Counted from the first letter of the stretch, positions 1 through 15,749 are shown. The stretch is 64,000 nt of DNA from Tubulanus polymorphus (GCF_964204645.1 NC_134025.1:6262001-6326000); one strand, 5' to 3'. Numbers and translations are program-made. The notes: generated from the letters alone by a model not told the origin.

Positions 1-3000
1 GGGCTTCCTATTATAATCAGCATTACCGCAAAACGCCGACTACACAATGATTAATCCTTGAAGATCTCGGCACATGTCGGATTATCACTTGCTTACCAAC
101 CAACATTTGATGATTCTATGGATTATAAGGATATTTGATAATAATACCCTTTTTCTGCTTTTCCTCGGAGTTCATCCGGGGATAAGACGTTTATTTCTCG
201 TCCAGAAACGTTTTCGCCTTTCTCGAGGATTCAAGAAATAGGATTAAGTCGGATGTGGTCGGTGGAGATCTGATATAACACTCGCATAAGCTGTTAATTA
301 CACGTGTGTAGACAAAAGGTAAATGCCGGAAATTCTTTGATAGCTGTCTATCATCATTGTTAGCTACTTAGCTGTTCAGAATATTCTGTTAGAAGATATT
401 AAATCATCGATTAATGATTTGATAATTACGATGCTAGAATTTTGTTGTAGGTTTGGCAATTTTACAGGTAATCGAATTGTTCAGTGGAGAAATTTCCTCT
501 CTTACATTTGACTTAGATATCGATTTTAAGGTTTTTCCTTCAAAAAAGTCTGCGAAAATATTTATTGCCCAACACATTGGAAATAGATCCATCTACGGAA
601 TAATCAATTACGCTGGTTTCCTTAGTTTGTTCCGAGAACCCATAAATTTTGATTATGAAGACGAAGACTCTCAAAGTCTTGATGTGTGGATTTTCTCCAT
701 AAGGATGTTATTGAGACTGAGTACAAACTTATGCAAATATTTCAAAATTTCTATTATATAGGGCTGTATTCTATACTGGGGTAAGATGATTACTACTGTC
801 GATGAATGAAAATATGTTCTACACTTTTTGGACTGTAAAAGTACTCGCACAGATTTCTATTTAACTTTGTATTAAACCATTCTTTTTGACGTGGAATTAC
901 TTTAGTTTTTTTGTGAAAACTACAGACATGCTGAGAGTACACACAATCATAGCGAATGATATAAAACTCAAAACCCTTGAAGAAAGTATTTGAACGTTGT
1001 TTGCCTGATTTATGTGTTTTCTGATTTCTTCCATTGTATTCGTCTCAAAGTAACTGGTTTTTTCTCGACTTATAACGCGACTTACGAGCGTGAATTATTT
1101 ACCAATTTTATGGACCTATTTCTCATGCTCATTGTTAGTTGCTCTACCTCAGTTAAATATGATTGGAATCTAGAACTAGATTGATATTCCCACGGTGGGG
1201 ATTTTTCATATTCATTAACTTTGTAGATATGTATATATGCTCGTTATACATAACGTATATGTATAGACTTTTAAGTGAATATGTGATTACTGATCATTCA
1301 ATATGGACAATATTTTGATTAGCAGCCAGACACTACTGAAACATTGAGTAAGTTTTGTATTTCTACTTTTAAGCGGTGGCCACACCTTTGCCTCCTAGCC
1401 AACCTGCTTGAAGCCACTACTATATCTGGACAGATTTGCTTTGAAGGCCAGCCTGCACTCGGGACATGAGTAGCAATTTGATTTGAAACTCTGAATCTGG
1501 CACATTAAGTCTTCAAATCCATCGATTTACTCTAAAAGCTCTTGATGGATTTGAATTTTTTTACGGACTGGAATCGTATTGTCGTATGGCACGCTATTTC
1601 TCTATTTATTATCCTGGTGCATTACAAAATGTATTTACAGTAGGTACCGTTATATAAGTTGTAGCTGTTTGGCTTAAAAATTATGTTTGGCTTGGACTGA
1701 TTTTTCTTCTTGTTGAATGCCATGAGATAAGAATTGCCCCTATAGTTATGATTAGTTTATTCAATCCAACAGTTACGTAAAAGTCACCTATAATTATGAA
1801 GAGTTAACAACATATCAGTTATACAAGTGCCACCTTGATTGCATTTATACAACTTAGCTTTTCAAGTACAGTATTGACTATCATTTTTGTTGATTAGAAA
1901 AAAACGTATTGGTAAAACAAATAACGAAGGGTAATAGAATATGTTAAACATGTCCCACAATATATATTAGAATGAATTATATATGAGAATTGCGACCTAT
2001 TAAGAGTAGGCCTACTGAGTGAAGTGAGAAATTTTAATTCGTCTATCGATTGTCATTTGTATGCTGAACCTGTTAAGTTCTGGCATATTGGTGAAATGGC
2101 AAGTCAATTAGTAAGTTTTATCCCAATGTAGAATCTGAAGGAAAACTGGTATCGTATGAATCAACTATGCACCAGAGAACATCGTAAGCCAGCTACCAGT
2201 AGCCTCAAATGTAGACTCAGTATAAAAAGATATCGTGGTAACTCGAAACGTGCAAATATTCCAACCAATTTCACGATTTGCATTACATTTATCAATCTAT
2301 AGATTTACAGGATATGGCCCTGGCTGAATAATTCAGTTCGCAAGCGTAGATTCTAGCGGTTGCAAAAGGGGCACAGGCCACAATCTAGAAAGAATGTGTC
2401 CTTACAAGTTTCTCTGGGGGCCCTGCTCCTCTCTGTTTTGGTACAAACCTATTCAAGGTTTATTTGGCTTTTTCGATCCACGCATTACATGCCCTGGATC
2501 AACCACTGGTTTTCTTAAATCTGTGATAGTTGGTGACAGGACTTGGTGGCCAGCTATGTGGAAGGGGTTAAAATTCTTCCATTTCCATTTATGTACATAA
2601 CGCTGTAAAATGTATGTTCATGTGGAGGTCAAAAATTGGGGCATATTTATTCATACCTAACTTTATGAACTGTTAAGAGGTACATTCATATGAGTGATTC
2701 ATCTAAAATTGATGTGATAACTAATTATCATTGATTATATGGATATTTATATAGGGAAAGCGTCAGACCAGATCGCGCTCATCACGAGACTCTTGATTCC
2801 TTTCTTATTCGCCGATGACTGGTTTACCTATTAGTTCACGGTTATCTGCATCTTCTTCTCACAGCATCCCGTCTACTACGGCATCACGCCATACACACAC
2901 ACTAGCACGTCGTACGGATCTCTCGGATCGAGCGTTCGTTCGGCAGAATCAGTTTGAGCGGTTTAAACGGATTTATCAAAACCTGAACTATACACATATA

Positions 3001-6000
3001 GCACACACATTCCAGATTTAACATGTGTTATATTAGCTGATCATTAAGTTATAAGGTAAGGAGACACTCGAATCAAAATAAACTCAAAACCCTTCGTGAC
3101 ATTGAAGGATCTGATCACGAGCTAGGCATGTTTAACAAATATTTACATTGACAACAGTGAACTCCTCTTTTCCTCATTAGAGAGAATGCATATACATCAT
3201 CCAATAATTTTAACTGTTTGATTACATGATATTGAAGTTGTCACGTTGTTTGTTTAAATGTTAACCTATGTGACCATATTGTTTGTCATTGCCGTTGCAC
3301 TTCTATATATAGTAGATAGTTACAACAGCATGAAGTTCCATGATAGATACTATTTGTTTATCATTATCATTAACATACATTTACTATATCTTTTTATCTT
3401 TTTGCTACGAATATGACATGTTCATCATCCTCATTGTATTCAACTTCTAGTTTTGAAAGATTTATAGAGTTGTTTTGTTGGTGCCTTTGAGACTCAAATA
3501 AGTGCTATATTGGTGGCATTATGTTGCTATACCTATTTGGGATCTTGTAAACTGGTACGGCCATGACAATTATGACATTATGACGATTCACCAAACCTGG
3601 AAAAACATTCTTTACAGTTTTCCATTACATCATAGTACATTTTATAGCAACATTGCTATCAGACATATTTTCGATTATTGCAAATTGGCGCACAAATGAC
3701 ATTTGGCGAATCAGGTATGTATCGGTTAACAATATCCGCTAGAACCAGGCATTCAGTAATTTGAAACATCCCAACTATAGGATAGTATTGCTGGGATAAT
3801 AATTCTCGCCAACCCCTGATCTGGCATGATGACTTATTTGACCAAATGCAAACAAGCGAATAAGGGAAACTTTATCATTTGTTACCACCATCATGTATAC
3901 TGTTTTCCTATTCAATTTTTGCGCACATATTGTTGAAAAAGACAGAAATCAAGATGACAGACGAACCTGATCAATTTATGGTTTAGTTATGACTATAACA
4001 ACTGGAACGATGCAGAAATAGTTGTTGCACAAGCTGCTCGGAATTATTTCATATTAATGTCTTATCTTGCCGCAGCACTGTTGGTATTTCACTATTATCA
4101 CTTCCAGAGCAGAACCCTCAGAGAAAACTGCCAATGTTACCAAGATATTTCATTCCTGTAGCTGCATTATATAATACTGCATAAAATGTCTGTTCATCTA
4201 TCCATGGAAAACCTGTTTCTAAAACTGTAGATGTACTTTGTATTAAGGATACGTGAGATATAACTGCCAGCTGCCGGTGACCGGTCAACTATAACTAAAA
4301 TTTTCATCATCAATCAGTTGAACTATAGTCACAGCTGTATCTGATATTTGTCAGCTGTTACTGCCGGCTTTTATCTATACGAGTGACCGCTCCAAATCTG
4401 TGCAGTGTCTCTGAGTCTATTGGTCACAACCGCCCTATTTTCATCATAAATCATAATTGGTAGACTAGACTCGGGGTTCCAGTTCGATATTCACACTCAA
4501 GAATCGAGATGAGATTACCGTTGAAATGTGAACCCGCAACTGGATCATCACTTAGTTTTACTAGTTGAACAAGAGCTCCATTTCTTCCAGACCTTTCCTA
4601 GAATCTGGCCCTAATCATCATTGATGACGTTGAAGTTGTCTTTGCATTTGTCAGCGCTATTTCTACGGGTTATTTGCGGGTAGTCTGGCTACAGATAGCT
4701 GCTATATCTTCTATCTTTTGCATCTTCGTTAGCGGCAGTCCTCAAACCTCCGTTATCCAGATGACTTTGTGACCTCGCTACAACACAAGAACAAATCACA
4801 GCTTTGCAGACCTTCCCTGCCGATGTATTTCTCCCTCTACTCAACCGTGACAACTCAATTACTCAATTTTCCGAATTTGTCTTTCGTCCACAGATTTTCC
4901 TGTCAGTTGTTGACGCAATTAAAACTACTGTGTTGCTGAATGAGCACTGTGGCCGGCAGCTAAACTGAGAAAATAATCTCGTTATATTTACTGTCATTCA
5001 CGTTTCGACGATCATCATCAGGACCTGGCAGACACAGTACTTCGATGTAAGGTCATTGGTTTAACTATCATTGGCACGTTTCGTAAATGAGAACATAAAT
5101 GAGTGAGCAAAGTATCGGCAGTTGATTGAGACATGGGTTCGAAGGCTCTGATTCATTTTTCATGCCAGCGAGAACATTATCCAATTAATGTCTTATATGA
5201 ACTTATATATGGACTAAGCTGATTTTTTATGGCAGTTTTTATCGCCGATCCATTGTATTTATCATGCGCACATTTTAATTCTGGGAATAGTGGAATCCCG
5301 GTTATGCAAAACAATACACAGTACGGTAACATATGGTACGTTATATATTTACAATCGTTACGTATATAATTTAATTACACGCTGCTGTACAATATATTTT
5401 TCTGGAATTGATCATCATATGATTAATTCCATTGGCATGTTAGAATTGTCTGTATGTCGTAATTTCCGTGACTGCGTTGCATCGATTTGAACTAAGTCTT
5501 CATCGCTAGTTTGCTGTTTTCAGGCTGTGTTTCAAATTCAAAAACTAAGAAATGAGTAACATTATCACAGGACCATATGGTCGTATAGGCTAAAGTACTC
5601 TTGATCCAACTCTAGGCGTTTGCTTATGATTTCGAAATTGGAATACGAGATATGCAGCACGCAGGTTTAATGTCCGGCGAATGTAAAGCATTATGCTGAA
5701 ACAAAGCTGAACAGTTGGACTTCAGTACAAACTGTAGTTCCGTAATGATACAGAGAATCCCACAATAATGCTAAGTACTCGAGTCCGAAATGTTTCCTTT
5801 GTACCTTTATATTCCGGGGGCGAAACTAAGCAGTATGAATTATCTCATTATCTTTGATGGTGGCGGCCATGAATTTGGACAACTCGCAAGTAGCTATTAA
5901 AATTCAGTTCAGCCACTGATGATAATCATATATATTCACGGATCGATACGGGAGAAGACGAAACAGCAACAAGTTCACAGTCAGTTGAGGAAATGCACAC

Positions 6001-6865
6001 TATCTTCGCCAGCCTAATGAATGTAGCAATAAAATGTATATAAGTTGTCTATTTCTATTCGCGTCAGGCAATATTTCGTCCAGGATTCGTCCAGTCAATG
6101 ATGAGCGGTGTCTATCCTAAAAATGACTTTTTCGTGACGTGATACAATAAAAATGTTAAGCTCGCGGTGATAAACAACATTAGAATGGTTTGAGGCTAGG
6201 TATCTGGCCATCACTTTCCAACTTTGCGGTGCCGCTTATCTGTAAATCTATTTATTGAGCTAGCCCGCAGCCATGAATTTTCACATGAAAAGGCATCTTC
6301 GAGGGAAAACTAAGATATAATAGAATCGAAAAAAACCTAAATCTACTCATATTTATCTTGGTTGATTTGAATTAAGTATAGTTGATAAAAGTTAGCAATT
6401 GTTAACTTCATAGATATTATGTGTATAATATACGTGCAATTTTCACGAAATCTGAAAAACTTGCGTAGTGAAGAAGTACGTCGGTGAAAAACATGCTTTT
6501 ATTAGATCCTCATATTACTGCAGGATATTAGAGTAGGCCGAGGGAGAAGGGAGGATTACTTTAATTTATTTCTCATGCGAATTCACAGTCTGGTGTTGTG
6601 TTATTTGGTGACTGTTGTTTTCTTGGAAAACGACGATGCAAACAAAACTGAAGTTCTGTATTTAGATTTCAGAGTGGGAGAAAGTTGTCATTTGTACACG
6701 TGTATTCATTGTTTTGTTAGTTATTCCGCATTGTGTGTCGTGGTGACATGATAGAAAATGAAACTAAGATTTCTGTTTCTCGCGACTGTATGTGATTGGA
6801 TTTGTTGCGTTATTCATATCGGACTCTAAGTCCGTGGCTGGCAAGTGGGGTAGGGCTAGCGAATG

Positions 6866-6931
6866 AATCAGCGTAAAAAAGTTTGGGTCAAGATTTTGTA
6901 ATCAGCGTAAAAAAGTTTGGGTCAAGATTTT
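6866..6931. repeat. perfect 32-bp tandem duplication
   Basis: AATCAGCGTAAAAAAGTTTGGGTCAAGATTTT at 6866 and 6900. Confidence 0.9.
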
Positions 6932-8257
6932 TGCGATATTTTGATACAATTTCAATGTTGGAAATTAAAAAGTAATCCATTCTCAAATGATTTATACAGG
7001 TACCCGCACAGTTCACGATTAAGGGTTGTTATTTTTCAATAGGTAGGTACCGCTTTTCTCTGTGAAAAGTGCCATTTTTCTTGAAATAGAACAACCCCTC
7101 ACAAAAGCTCAGCACGGGCCTGTAACTCTTATGTAAGAATTTGAACTCGAGAAAGTGCCAATCTGTAGGAAACCCACAGTGTCCCCTCTTTAGTGCTGTA
7201 ATTCAGCTGTGAGTGTGCCCACAGCAATGTGACTCAGATTAGCAGTCACATCCCGTTCACCTGATCGTGCTATATTGTGGAGTGTGTCTCGCCTCGTGTG
7301 CTTATCAATTATCATAGCATTAATCTGTCACCTTACTTCAAATGCTCTAACGGTATTGATTGAAAGAGGAAGGATGCATAGCTCTCCACCGTTGCAGCTA
7401 AACAGGAAATTTGTGCGCCGTTGATCCCTGCCCACTACATCCTTCCATATATCATAAATAGAGACTAGACTTAAGCCTTCGCCTCACGGTCGTATGGATC
7501 TTTCACTAAGAACCTTAATGTCAGTATAAGTGTACCACACACTGAGGTACGAATACTATTGTCACGATACTTTAGAATCCCTCTGAATTTAAACTACCAA
7601 AAATTTAGTTCTACCAAACTGATTTTGTTACTAAGCTTTATTGAAGGTATCTTCATCATAGTCGGTGCTTGATGTGATATGAATATGGAAATAGCAAAAA
7701 GTTCTCCACACTTTGAAACTTGAAATCATGAAATGTGGATGCTCCTGCTTCCAGGACTTGGTGAAATGGGTCTATATCGCTTCATTTGTGGTTGGCATTT
7801 GTTTAGCAGTTTCATGCTGAAATTCTCACCAGTTATTGATGTATTTCATCAGTTGTCAGTTAGAAGTTGTCAATTTGGTCACGTCCTTGACCATTAATGA
7901 CGATGCCGATGCCGATGACAACATCATTGCATTGGGTATGGTAGCTGTGACGATGACTCAGCGTTTTAGACGCTAAGGAAAGGTATGCAAATCATTCACT
8001 CAGTTCAGAGAATAAGCAGTCATTATGCTTTTATGGTTGAATGTGTAACTGATGCTGAGCAGAGACAATTCAGAAAGCCCTCGATGTCACTTATCATGTA
8101 CAGTGATGATGAGATGAAGAACTCGTTTTTGTAAAATTGAGAGCTTTTAATGTTCACCATTTACACACAGTTTCTCTTTACTTGTCTTTTTCAATTATTC
8201 AATTTTCCCCGACAAATTCTATTGGAAATAATTTAGTGTTCAAGGTGAGAATACGTT

Positions 8258-8410
8258 AGCCTAAAGCGCATGGAAACAAACATATTTCCAAGCGTTTCCC
8301 GCTGTCATGTGCGTTTGAGAGAAACGAGATACATCGTTCGGCAAACAATGTTTCCAAGATCAAACGTGTTTGTTTCCGTGTTTCCCTATGTCATCGTGTG
8401 CATTTGGGCT
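8258..8410. mobile_element. short degenerate MITE
   Basis: Ends AGCCTAAAGCGCA / TGCATTTGGGCT; internal GGAAACAAACA / TGTTTGTTTCC. Confidence 0.5.
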
Positions 8411-11316
8411 TTATGTGTGGTAATCGCGCTTTGAAGCGATCTGTAGATCTTTCGAACAAAACTGATCAACCAGACATGTTCTCAGTATCTTCATTACTGT
8501 ACTGCTGAAAACATATCATTAGCTGTAATACTATTTAGATCGGTGTCAACTATCAGCGGAATATTCCGCAACGAGCATTAAAATCTATATATGGACTCGC
8601 CTCGTTGAAGAAGATGGCTCACATATGCTAAGTGAGCTGTGATACATGAGTCATTTTGGTTGGTTGACGAATCTCTAGGGGCCAATTTGTTGTAACTTAT
8701 TATGAATTCGCATAGATGAAATCAGTCATAATTCTTAAATTCGTTTTATTCATTCCACAATTGATTAATCATGTCCTATGTCATTCCGTATTGATGCATT
8801 TGACAAAGTGCAGTGCACTGGTGGTTTTGATGGTTCCAGTAGCTAAAAGTCCTTGACTCCATTGCGATATTGCGCTGTTATGCGGATGGGTTCCCGCAAT
8901 AATTTCAAACAAAAAGTAAAACAGGATGCAGAGTCGGAGGAGCTTTTTCGACTAATGGAATTCAAACAAATTGTATAAATCTCTGATAAAAGACATTTGG
9001 GAATAAGAATAATCAATGGAAATTAAAAGTATATGTTGCCTGATTAGGCTGAGGTTTAACCAGCCCTGTATATCGGGTGCAGCATGTATATCTTATGATG
9101 TTGTGATGTTTAACAATCGTTGAGGTAATGATTTCTCTGGAGATATTAGTTTATGCAACCAGGCAGATGCCTCCCTGATTCGACTAACTATTTGAGATGT
9201 ACATCAGCAGACCTCGCACCTTCCTGAAGTCAGTAACTGTCAGTGATAGAATAATCCCATGACTGTCAATTCAATGACGACGCTTGAATTCATAGTGGTT
9301 ATTTTCAATCTTTAACTGTCCGAGGTAACCCCTGCATTTAATAGCAGTGGTTGGAGTATTTCTTTAAACAAAAGGGGTATGGAATAAGAAAACCTTAACG
9401 GAAAAAGTCAAAGCATATTATATATTTTGCTTGGCTTGTAAATTGTTTACAGTGCCTGTATGTTTAAGGTTTGAAGTCGCTAATCTGTTTCGAGTTTCCA
9501 GTGATATCATTCTGCTGCGCTGAACTAAAAATGCTTCAATTCTGCAAAACGAATGTTTTCTCAATAACTGATCGATTTTTTTCGTTAGATTGATGATGCT
9601 GCAGTATTTTGATGGGAATTTAATCGCTGATGCGGCTCTATCAGAGTGGAAAGTTTTTCATTCGAAAAATTCTGAGATATTTCTGTTATTTTTCATTATA
9701 CTCAAAAGATGGATCTCTTCATTAAACAGCCAAGCACTGCATCCTTTTTGTACACATTCAATGCCATGCAGGTCATGCTTTGCAAACATATGACTGATAT
9801 TGCTGTCTACTCTGTCACCAGTTTTTTACTGTATTTTGCCAGTGTTGCCTTATAATTGTTATTCTCATCTCTCCTGATATACTAGTTTTTAAGTAATCCA
9901 CTTTTCGAAGCTTTCTTCAAAAAGATGTAAGAATTTTTGTTCTCTAACATCTCTTAACGCGAGCGTATTGATGGCAGCCAATTCAGCGCCTCAGAAGACA
10001 GCGAAGGAAGCTGATATTTCTCAAGTACCTAAGGACATTGATCCAATGACCTGGTAGTATTTCGGCGTCAATAGTGATGGTTAGTGATTATTGTTGACTT
10101 GATGTAAGAAGTGCAGGTGAAAAACAGAGAAACACATACAAATGACCGATAAGAATGAATAAACAGTTTCATTCGCTCTCTCTTTTATTCGCTCTCAATA
10201 AAAGCACTCGCGCAAATTCTCATCTTGACTCATCTTCTTAATGAACCAATTTCACGAACGAAGGGAAAAAATATAGATTTGCGAAGCAGGTACTTCTGTA
10301 AATGTGTGCTCATTGAATTGAGTGGAGAGATAATATGTAAAACCGAACTAATGCGGAGATTTAATGTTCTGTCTGGCTTTTCAGCTTTTCAGATGTTTCA
10401 TGAATTATTGTGTTAATAGTGAATGGCTTCATTTGATTTAAGATTAGTCTATGAAACAGGAAGCGCTATGTTTATCTTTTTCCCCACTATTTTTCCGGCG
10501 ACTCCGCGGAGTAAGGTTTCATGCACTACTGCGATGCTGTAAAAGTAGTTGAGTAGACATCTATCATTTATCATTAACTGATTAGTTTGTATAATAAAAC
10601 ATGTCCATGTTATGAAAATTATTTCAATATTCCAAAAAGAAGACAATAGCAATTTTCATTTTTTGGTGTCAACCTTCCATTACATTTGTGATGAGATCTA
10701 TGATTAAAACTGAAGATGACCTTGGCGGTATTGGCTTATACACGGTTAACTGCTGAAGAAGTGTCACTTACTGAAGTTGCAATGCAATATTCGTGTTCAG
10801 ATCACAACATTCTCCTGCAATAAACTGAGAAATTAGAATCAATCAGATCAATTAAAGCTGTTCATAGTAAATATAAACAGCTGTTAATGGAATTATTTTT
10901 CCAATGAAATCGATATCTTCATCAATCAAACCTGTTGCAGATGTATTTTTACCTAGAAATCATAATTAGCTATCTATATAGCTAGGATATGTGGATGTGA
11001 CTATTTATGGATCATGCAGTTGCAATGGCATTACCAGGTCCCCATTAAATCATGTCATATATTCAGTTATAATTGAAATCATGAATTCAGATTGAAAATT
11101 AGCATACATGTATATGAGATTAATATTAGGGATAAATCTAGATTTATTGTCAATGAATTCTATTAAATAGAATTTTTATGGCGTTTCAAGGTTTAACTGT
11201 GATTTGCTGTTCTAATTGCATATCTATGCGGCAGACCTCTAGATTGACCTCTAGATCCTGTTGTTGGTTCAATCCACTGGCAGTCAGATAAATTTTAATG
11301 TGGACGTCAACTTTAT

Positions 11317-11627
11317 AGTCACGATCACATGAACATTTTTGTCCGGGCCAAATTTGGCCCAGCACAACTGACGGGAGCCAAATGGGTCCATGCCTGTTTG
11401 GCCCGACCATGAACGTTGGACCAGGCCCAAGCCAAATTCTAGCATGGGTCAAACGCATGTGAATTGAACTGGTTCTGCAAATGACTCACTTCGTTTTGTT
11501 ATTGTTCAGTATCGAGTGACTGGTTTGCGTGCGAGTGCACTCTCTAATTAGGCAGGGGCCAAATTTGACCCGAGCCTGATCCGTGCCAATTCGGCCCGGG
11601 CCAAATCATCTCCGTGTGATCGGGGCT
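11317..11627. mobile_element. MITE, PIF/Harbinger-like termini (copy 1)
   Basis: Ends AGTCACGATCACA...TGTGATCGGGGCT with internal GGCCAAATTTGGCC palindromes; homologous to 21980-22227 in the opposite orientation. Confidence 0.7.
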
Positions 11628-12547
11628 TACGGTTCAGATCGGAGCCAAGCGGTGGATATTATCGGGTTTACTGCGAGTTATAGTGATACAGATATGCAGC
11701 TGTAATCATTGCAATCACTCGCAGTCACTTGGACTGCATTTTCATGCGACTGAAGGACACTGTACTGCTGTTAAAGTAAGCTCTCTCGTCCTGTGAGTCA
11801 GAGATGAGTAGTCCCCGCACCACGACATTAGTGTCCTGTTTGTCGCTGAGTTGAACTAAGCAGATTTGTCAGCTTTTTGTTCCTTCATAAAAGGACAATT
11901 CTTCGCGTTTCATTCATTGATTTTTCCCTTCGACGCATTTCATCATTTTTTTCTTCCCATCAACAGCGTGATCAGACGGACGATGCGATTTACAACAAAC
12001 CTTCCCATATTTTTAAACTCTTCCGGTTGAAAGCGGTATTATCGGCATTACTCAAATTTGTCTGGTATTCCGACAGTTATTAGGACAATAAATTCTAGTC
12101 TACCTATCCACCATTGGGCTGCATTGTCAGTAATGAACAGTCGTTTTATGATGGGTGTATGTAATACCATGTAATGAGTTATGATTGATAATGAAACTGA
12201 TCATGTTTTCATACGGTAATTCTGAATGGTTTTTGATGGATTAATCCTAGTAGAATATGAACATGACGTTTACACTTCGCTTTCTGTAAGCGTCGTCGCT
12301 ATTATTCGTAATTGATAAGAAACTTGTGACATTCCATGAAATTTGTATTGATGAACACGGTTAAGTGCCATCCATTCTTATAGTTATTCAAATCATATGA
12401 TAAGATCAACTCAAGGTGCATTTTCGTATCCAAATACGGACCCAAAAATGTTACGGTCAACTGTGTACCAACCCCTGTATATACACACACAGATTTTTGT
12501 TTCATAATTGAATATTTTATGGAATCCACTTAAAATGGCAAGTCCAG

Positions 12548-12646
12548 GGGGGCTGTTTGATAGATGACTTAAAGCGACTTAAGTTAGATTAGTATTATGT
12601 TATAATGGCTAATAACACTCCAAGTCATTCCGTTTTAAAGAGACCC
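12548..12646. mobile_element. short palindromic MITE relic
   Basis: GGGGGCTGTTT...ATGACTT / AAGTCAT...AAAGAGACCC, flanked by CAG on both sides. Confidence 0.45.
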
Positions 12647-15600
12647 CAGGTACAGAAAACCTTCATTCAGTATCTTCTATGTTTGAGAAATGCTGATTTT
12701 ATGGGGAAACTATTTTCTCATTTTCGTGTGTTACCAAATTAACAACGCGAAACCAGCCAATGATGTATTATATCATATACGTAGACTGTATATGGATGGA
12801 AGGTTCCTGGAATCATAAGAGAGTCTTGAGGTTTATAATATGTATGTTGAGTGTAGTTAATGTTGGGATGATGGCTATGTCCTTCAGTCGGTTGGTTACT
12901 TAGTATGTGAACATTCCATCCATGTACTCGCTCTGTAATCCGTCTTATTCCAGTCTGGTCACCCATTTAAAGAGAGCGAGAGGGGAACCGTGTATGTATA
13001 TATGTATACCATTGGTATTGATTTCCTAAGAGGCTGGATGGTTGCAGTATAAGGGCGATTTCTATCTATCATTCTAGGTAACTAATAAAGAGTGTTGTCC
13101 TGATGCAGTGAGAAGACATTGAGGAAGACATGGACCTGGATTATCATTAATATCACTTTGAGGTAAGAAACGACTCCATTTATCCCTTGTATGTTTATGA
13201 TATCGATTTCTGACCATGATTTTGTTCATATCAAGCACTCATTATTTAGCATTACGAGTCAATTTTTGTCAAAATGTCAGAATTTGTCAAAGTAATACTC
13301 AACGAAATTTGTACATTTTTCATGATTATTCAATTTGACCTTTCCGCTGCGTTTTACTGGATGGAAACTGGTCCGCGTTGTAGACGAGTTATTTAATTTT
13401 TTAGCGTCAATTTAATCGATAAAAAACCTTTCGTCTGTGTCTTCATCTCAATCAAACTTCAGCAGGAAATCAATTTTCAATGAATAAAATTCATCAGTAA
13501 TCGGAAGTGCATCACGCGTAGTGATTTGACTGATGGGTCGGTATTCAGCATTAATTGCTTAAACAAATCGACTTCACTTTCATATACTGTGTGCGGAGGT
13601 GTATTCTCAAGAAACTAGAAATTATTCTTGGAACATCTTCAGTGTCTTTCGACATAAACACTCTTTTATTAGATCATAAATGAACAGCTTGAAATATGCT
13701 TATAGACAAAAGGGTTTGCGTGTTAAGTCTAGTCAAGGTGTATCGCGGCTTTCTTTTCTAACTGGACAGTCGTATGATAGACACTCCCCTTCTCGGCAGC
13801 GCTGTCTCCCTCTGTCAGATTAGATATAAAATAGTAGCTTCATTTATCTCGACATTCAATTATGGGGTAACTCGTGGGAGGGCGATGAATCGTTACTGTT
13901 AATGGTCATCATAAAAAGGCTTGACAATTTTAATACATCAGTTTGATTAGCCTAAGCTGCCCGCATAAATCCACCACATCTACAAACCGGTCTACGATTG
14001 CCGTCAGTGATGCTACCCGACGAGGACCATGATGCTGTATTATTCGTGGCTACAGGTGCTGTGAGTGACCATTATACTCTTCAAGTATACAATGTTGATT
14101 GACATGTCTCGTGTAAATGGTCCGATTGGAAAATACCGTCCACTGATGTAGCTAAGTGTTTCCATGGTTATAGATTACTAGCATTATGTATGCTGCAGAA
14201 ATGGCAAATTATTGTCTGAAGGCGATTCGTTCATTATTATCATCAATACCATTGGAATCCCTCTGAATAATGCATCATTTATTGTTGAGAGATGAATTTT
14301 ATTTGTAAGAAAATTATTGCGGTTAGAATTTCCGATCACGTTCACCATACGCGCCGAACGCGCGTTCACCGTATCATCCCGCCGAGAATGTTTATCGTGA
14401 TTTAATTTTCTCGGAATCGGCGGTCAAATAGTGTAACCCGTCAGTACTGGTCGAAGTATTGAGGATTTGTCCTCGTCACATTTAACGAGCGCTCACGTTA
14501 ATCCTGATCATCGACCGAAAATGTAAATGAACCAATTTGTTGAGTTGAACTGTAGGCCTGGAGTTTATATACATCCCTCGTCAAAGTGATTTGGGAACCA
14601 AGTATCGGCCAAGACTGTACGAATAGACATGTATACAGTTTATATTAGCTACTTATCATCTAATACTTGTGTCATGTGAAGATATGTCAAGTTGAGGAGG
14701 AGAATGTGAATGTGATAACTTTCCATGTATCTTCAGAGAATGTTGTATTTTTGCCATGACAGGATTCAGATCTCACGCTCTTGTGCAATATACATGATAA
14801 TTAATTCAGCATCTAACTGCTTCTAGGGACTTGGGCATTAGAAAGTCATTTGATATATTAATAAGTACCAGCTAAAGTTTGAAACGAGAAACCTTATATC
14901 AGTGCTTTATTTTCGAAGGTTTCAATTCCTGTTTTAACCCTAAATAATGATGTAGCGTGTGGTTGAGAAAGGGTTAACACATTTTGATCGTTCAACTGAA
15001 AAAAATGAAAAGCATTTCATATTTTCTCCTGAAGACGATTATGTTGTTTGTCCGTTAAATGAGACGTCAATACATGGCAGTCTCTGCGGTATCTTAAGTT
15101 CTAGCTCAGGTGCCCTTCAACGTATTGTGTTTAATTTACATCAGACAAACTTCTATTATACTTGCAGTATGCTTTAGGGGATTACAATAAGATATACCTT
15201 GTTCAACCCACCCATCTGCGCTCAGCCTCTCGTGATGCGACTAGCCATCAGCTATTACCGTCTACATAGATTACCCAACCTACCGTGAAATATAACTTCA
15301 TTTTTCTCCACGGGCGTCATTGATATATCGTAATATTTCATGTTTCCTGTCATATTACTATGAAATCATTACGGCCATTGAATCTTTGTGCAAAAATCTG
15401 TACATTCATCTCGCGACGAAAATGAGATAGCGAACGTCGTTGAAGAACTACCGGAATTTTTCGTCGGGCATAGTTTCAACGTGGACACAAACAAACGTTC
15501 ATAGTCCACGTGGGGTCTATATGGTATGTGGTCATTTGTCTAGATAGTGTGAATTCAACAGTCTCGAAGAATACAAAATATTCCAGTATATTATAACCGT

Positions 15601-15749
15601 TAAGAATGAGCATAATCCATGTGTAAATAATGGATAAATATTGTGTAAATAGAGCGAAATATACTTAAGTTGATTTAGTTGAAATTGAATGTGAAATACA
15701 CATCTTTCGGAGGCTTACACCGGCTTTAGTAGCTTACATCAAACGACTT

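Noticed and set aside
453-761. 102-aa ORF and other short ORFs in the first 15 kb
   Set aside because: Non-ATG or weak starts, low-information composition and no domains; consistent with intron or UTR sequence.
6866-6931. CRISPR-like 32-bp direct repeat
   Set aside because: Only two copies separated by 2 nt in eukaryotic DNA; a simple tandem duplication.
7760-7790. YRPIS peptide on the minus strand resembling LINE reverse transcriptase
   Set aside because: Isolated 5-residue match with no flanking RT similarity.
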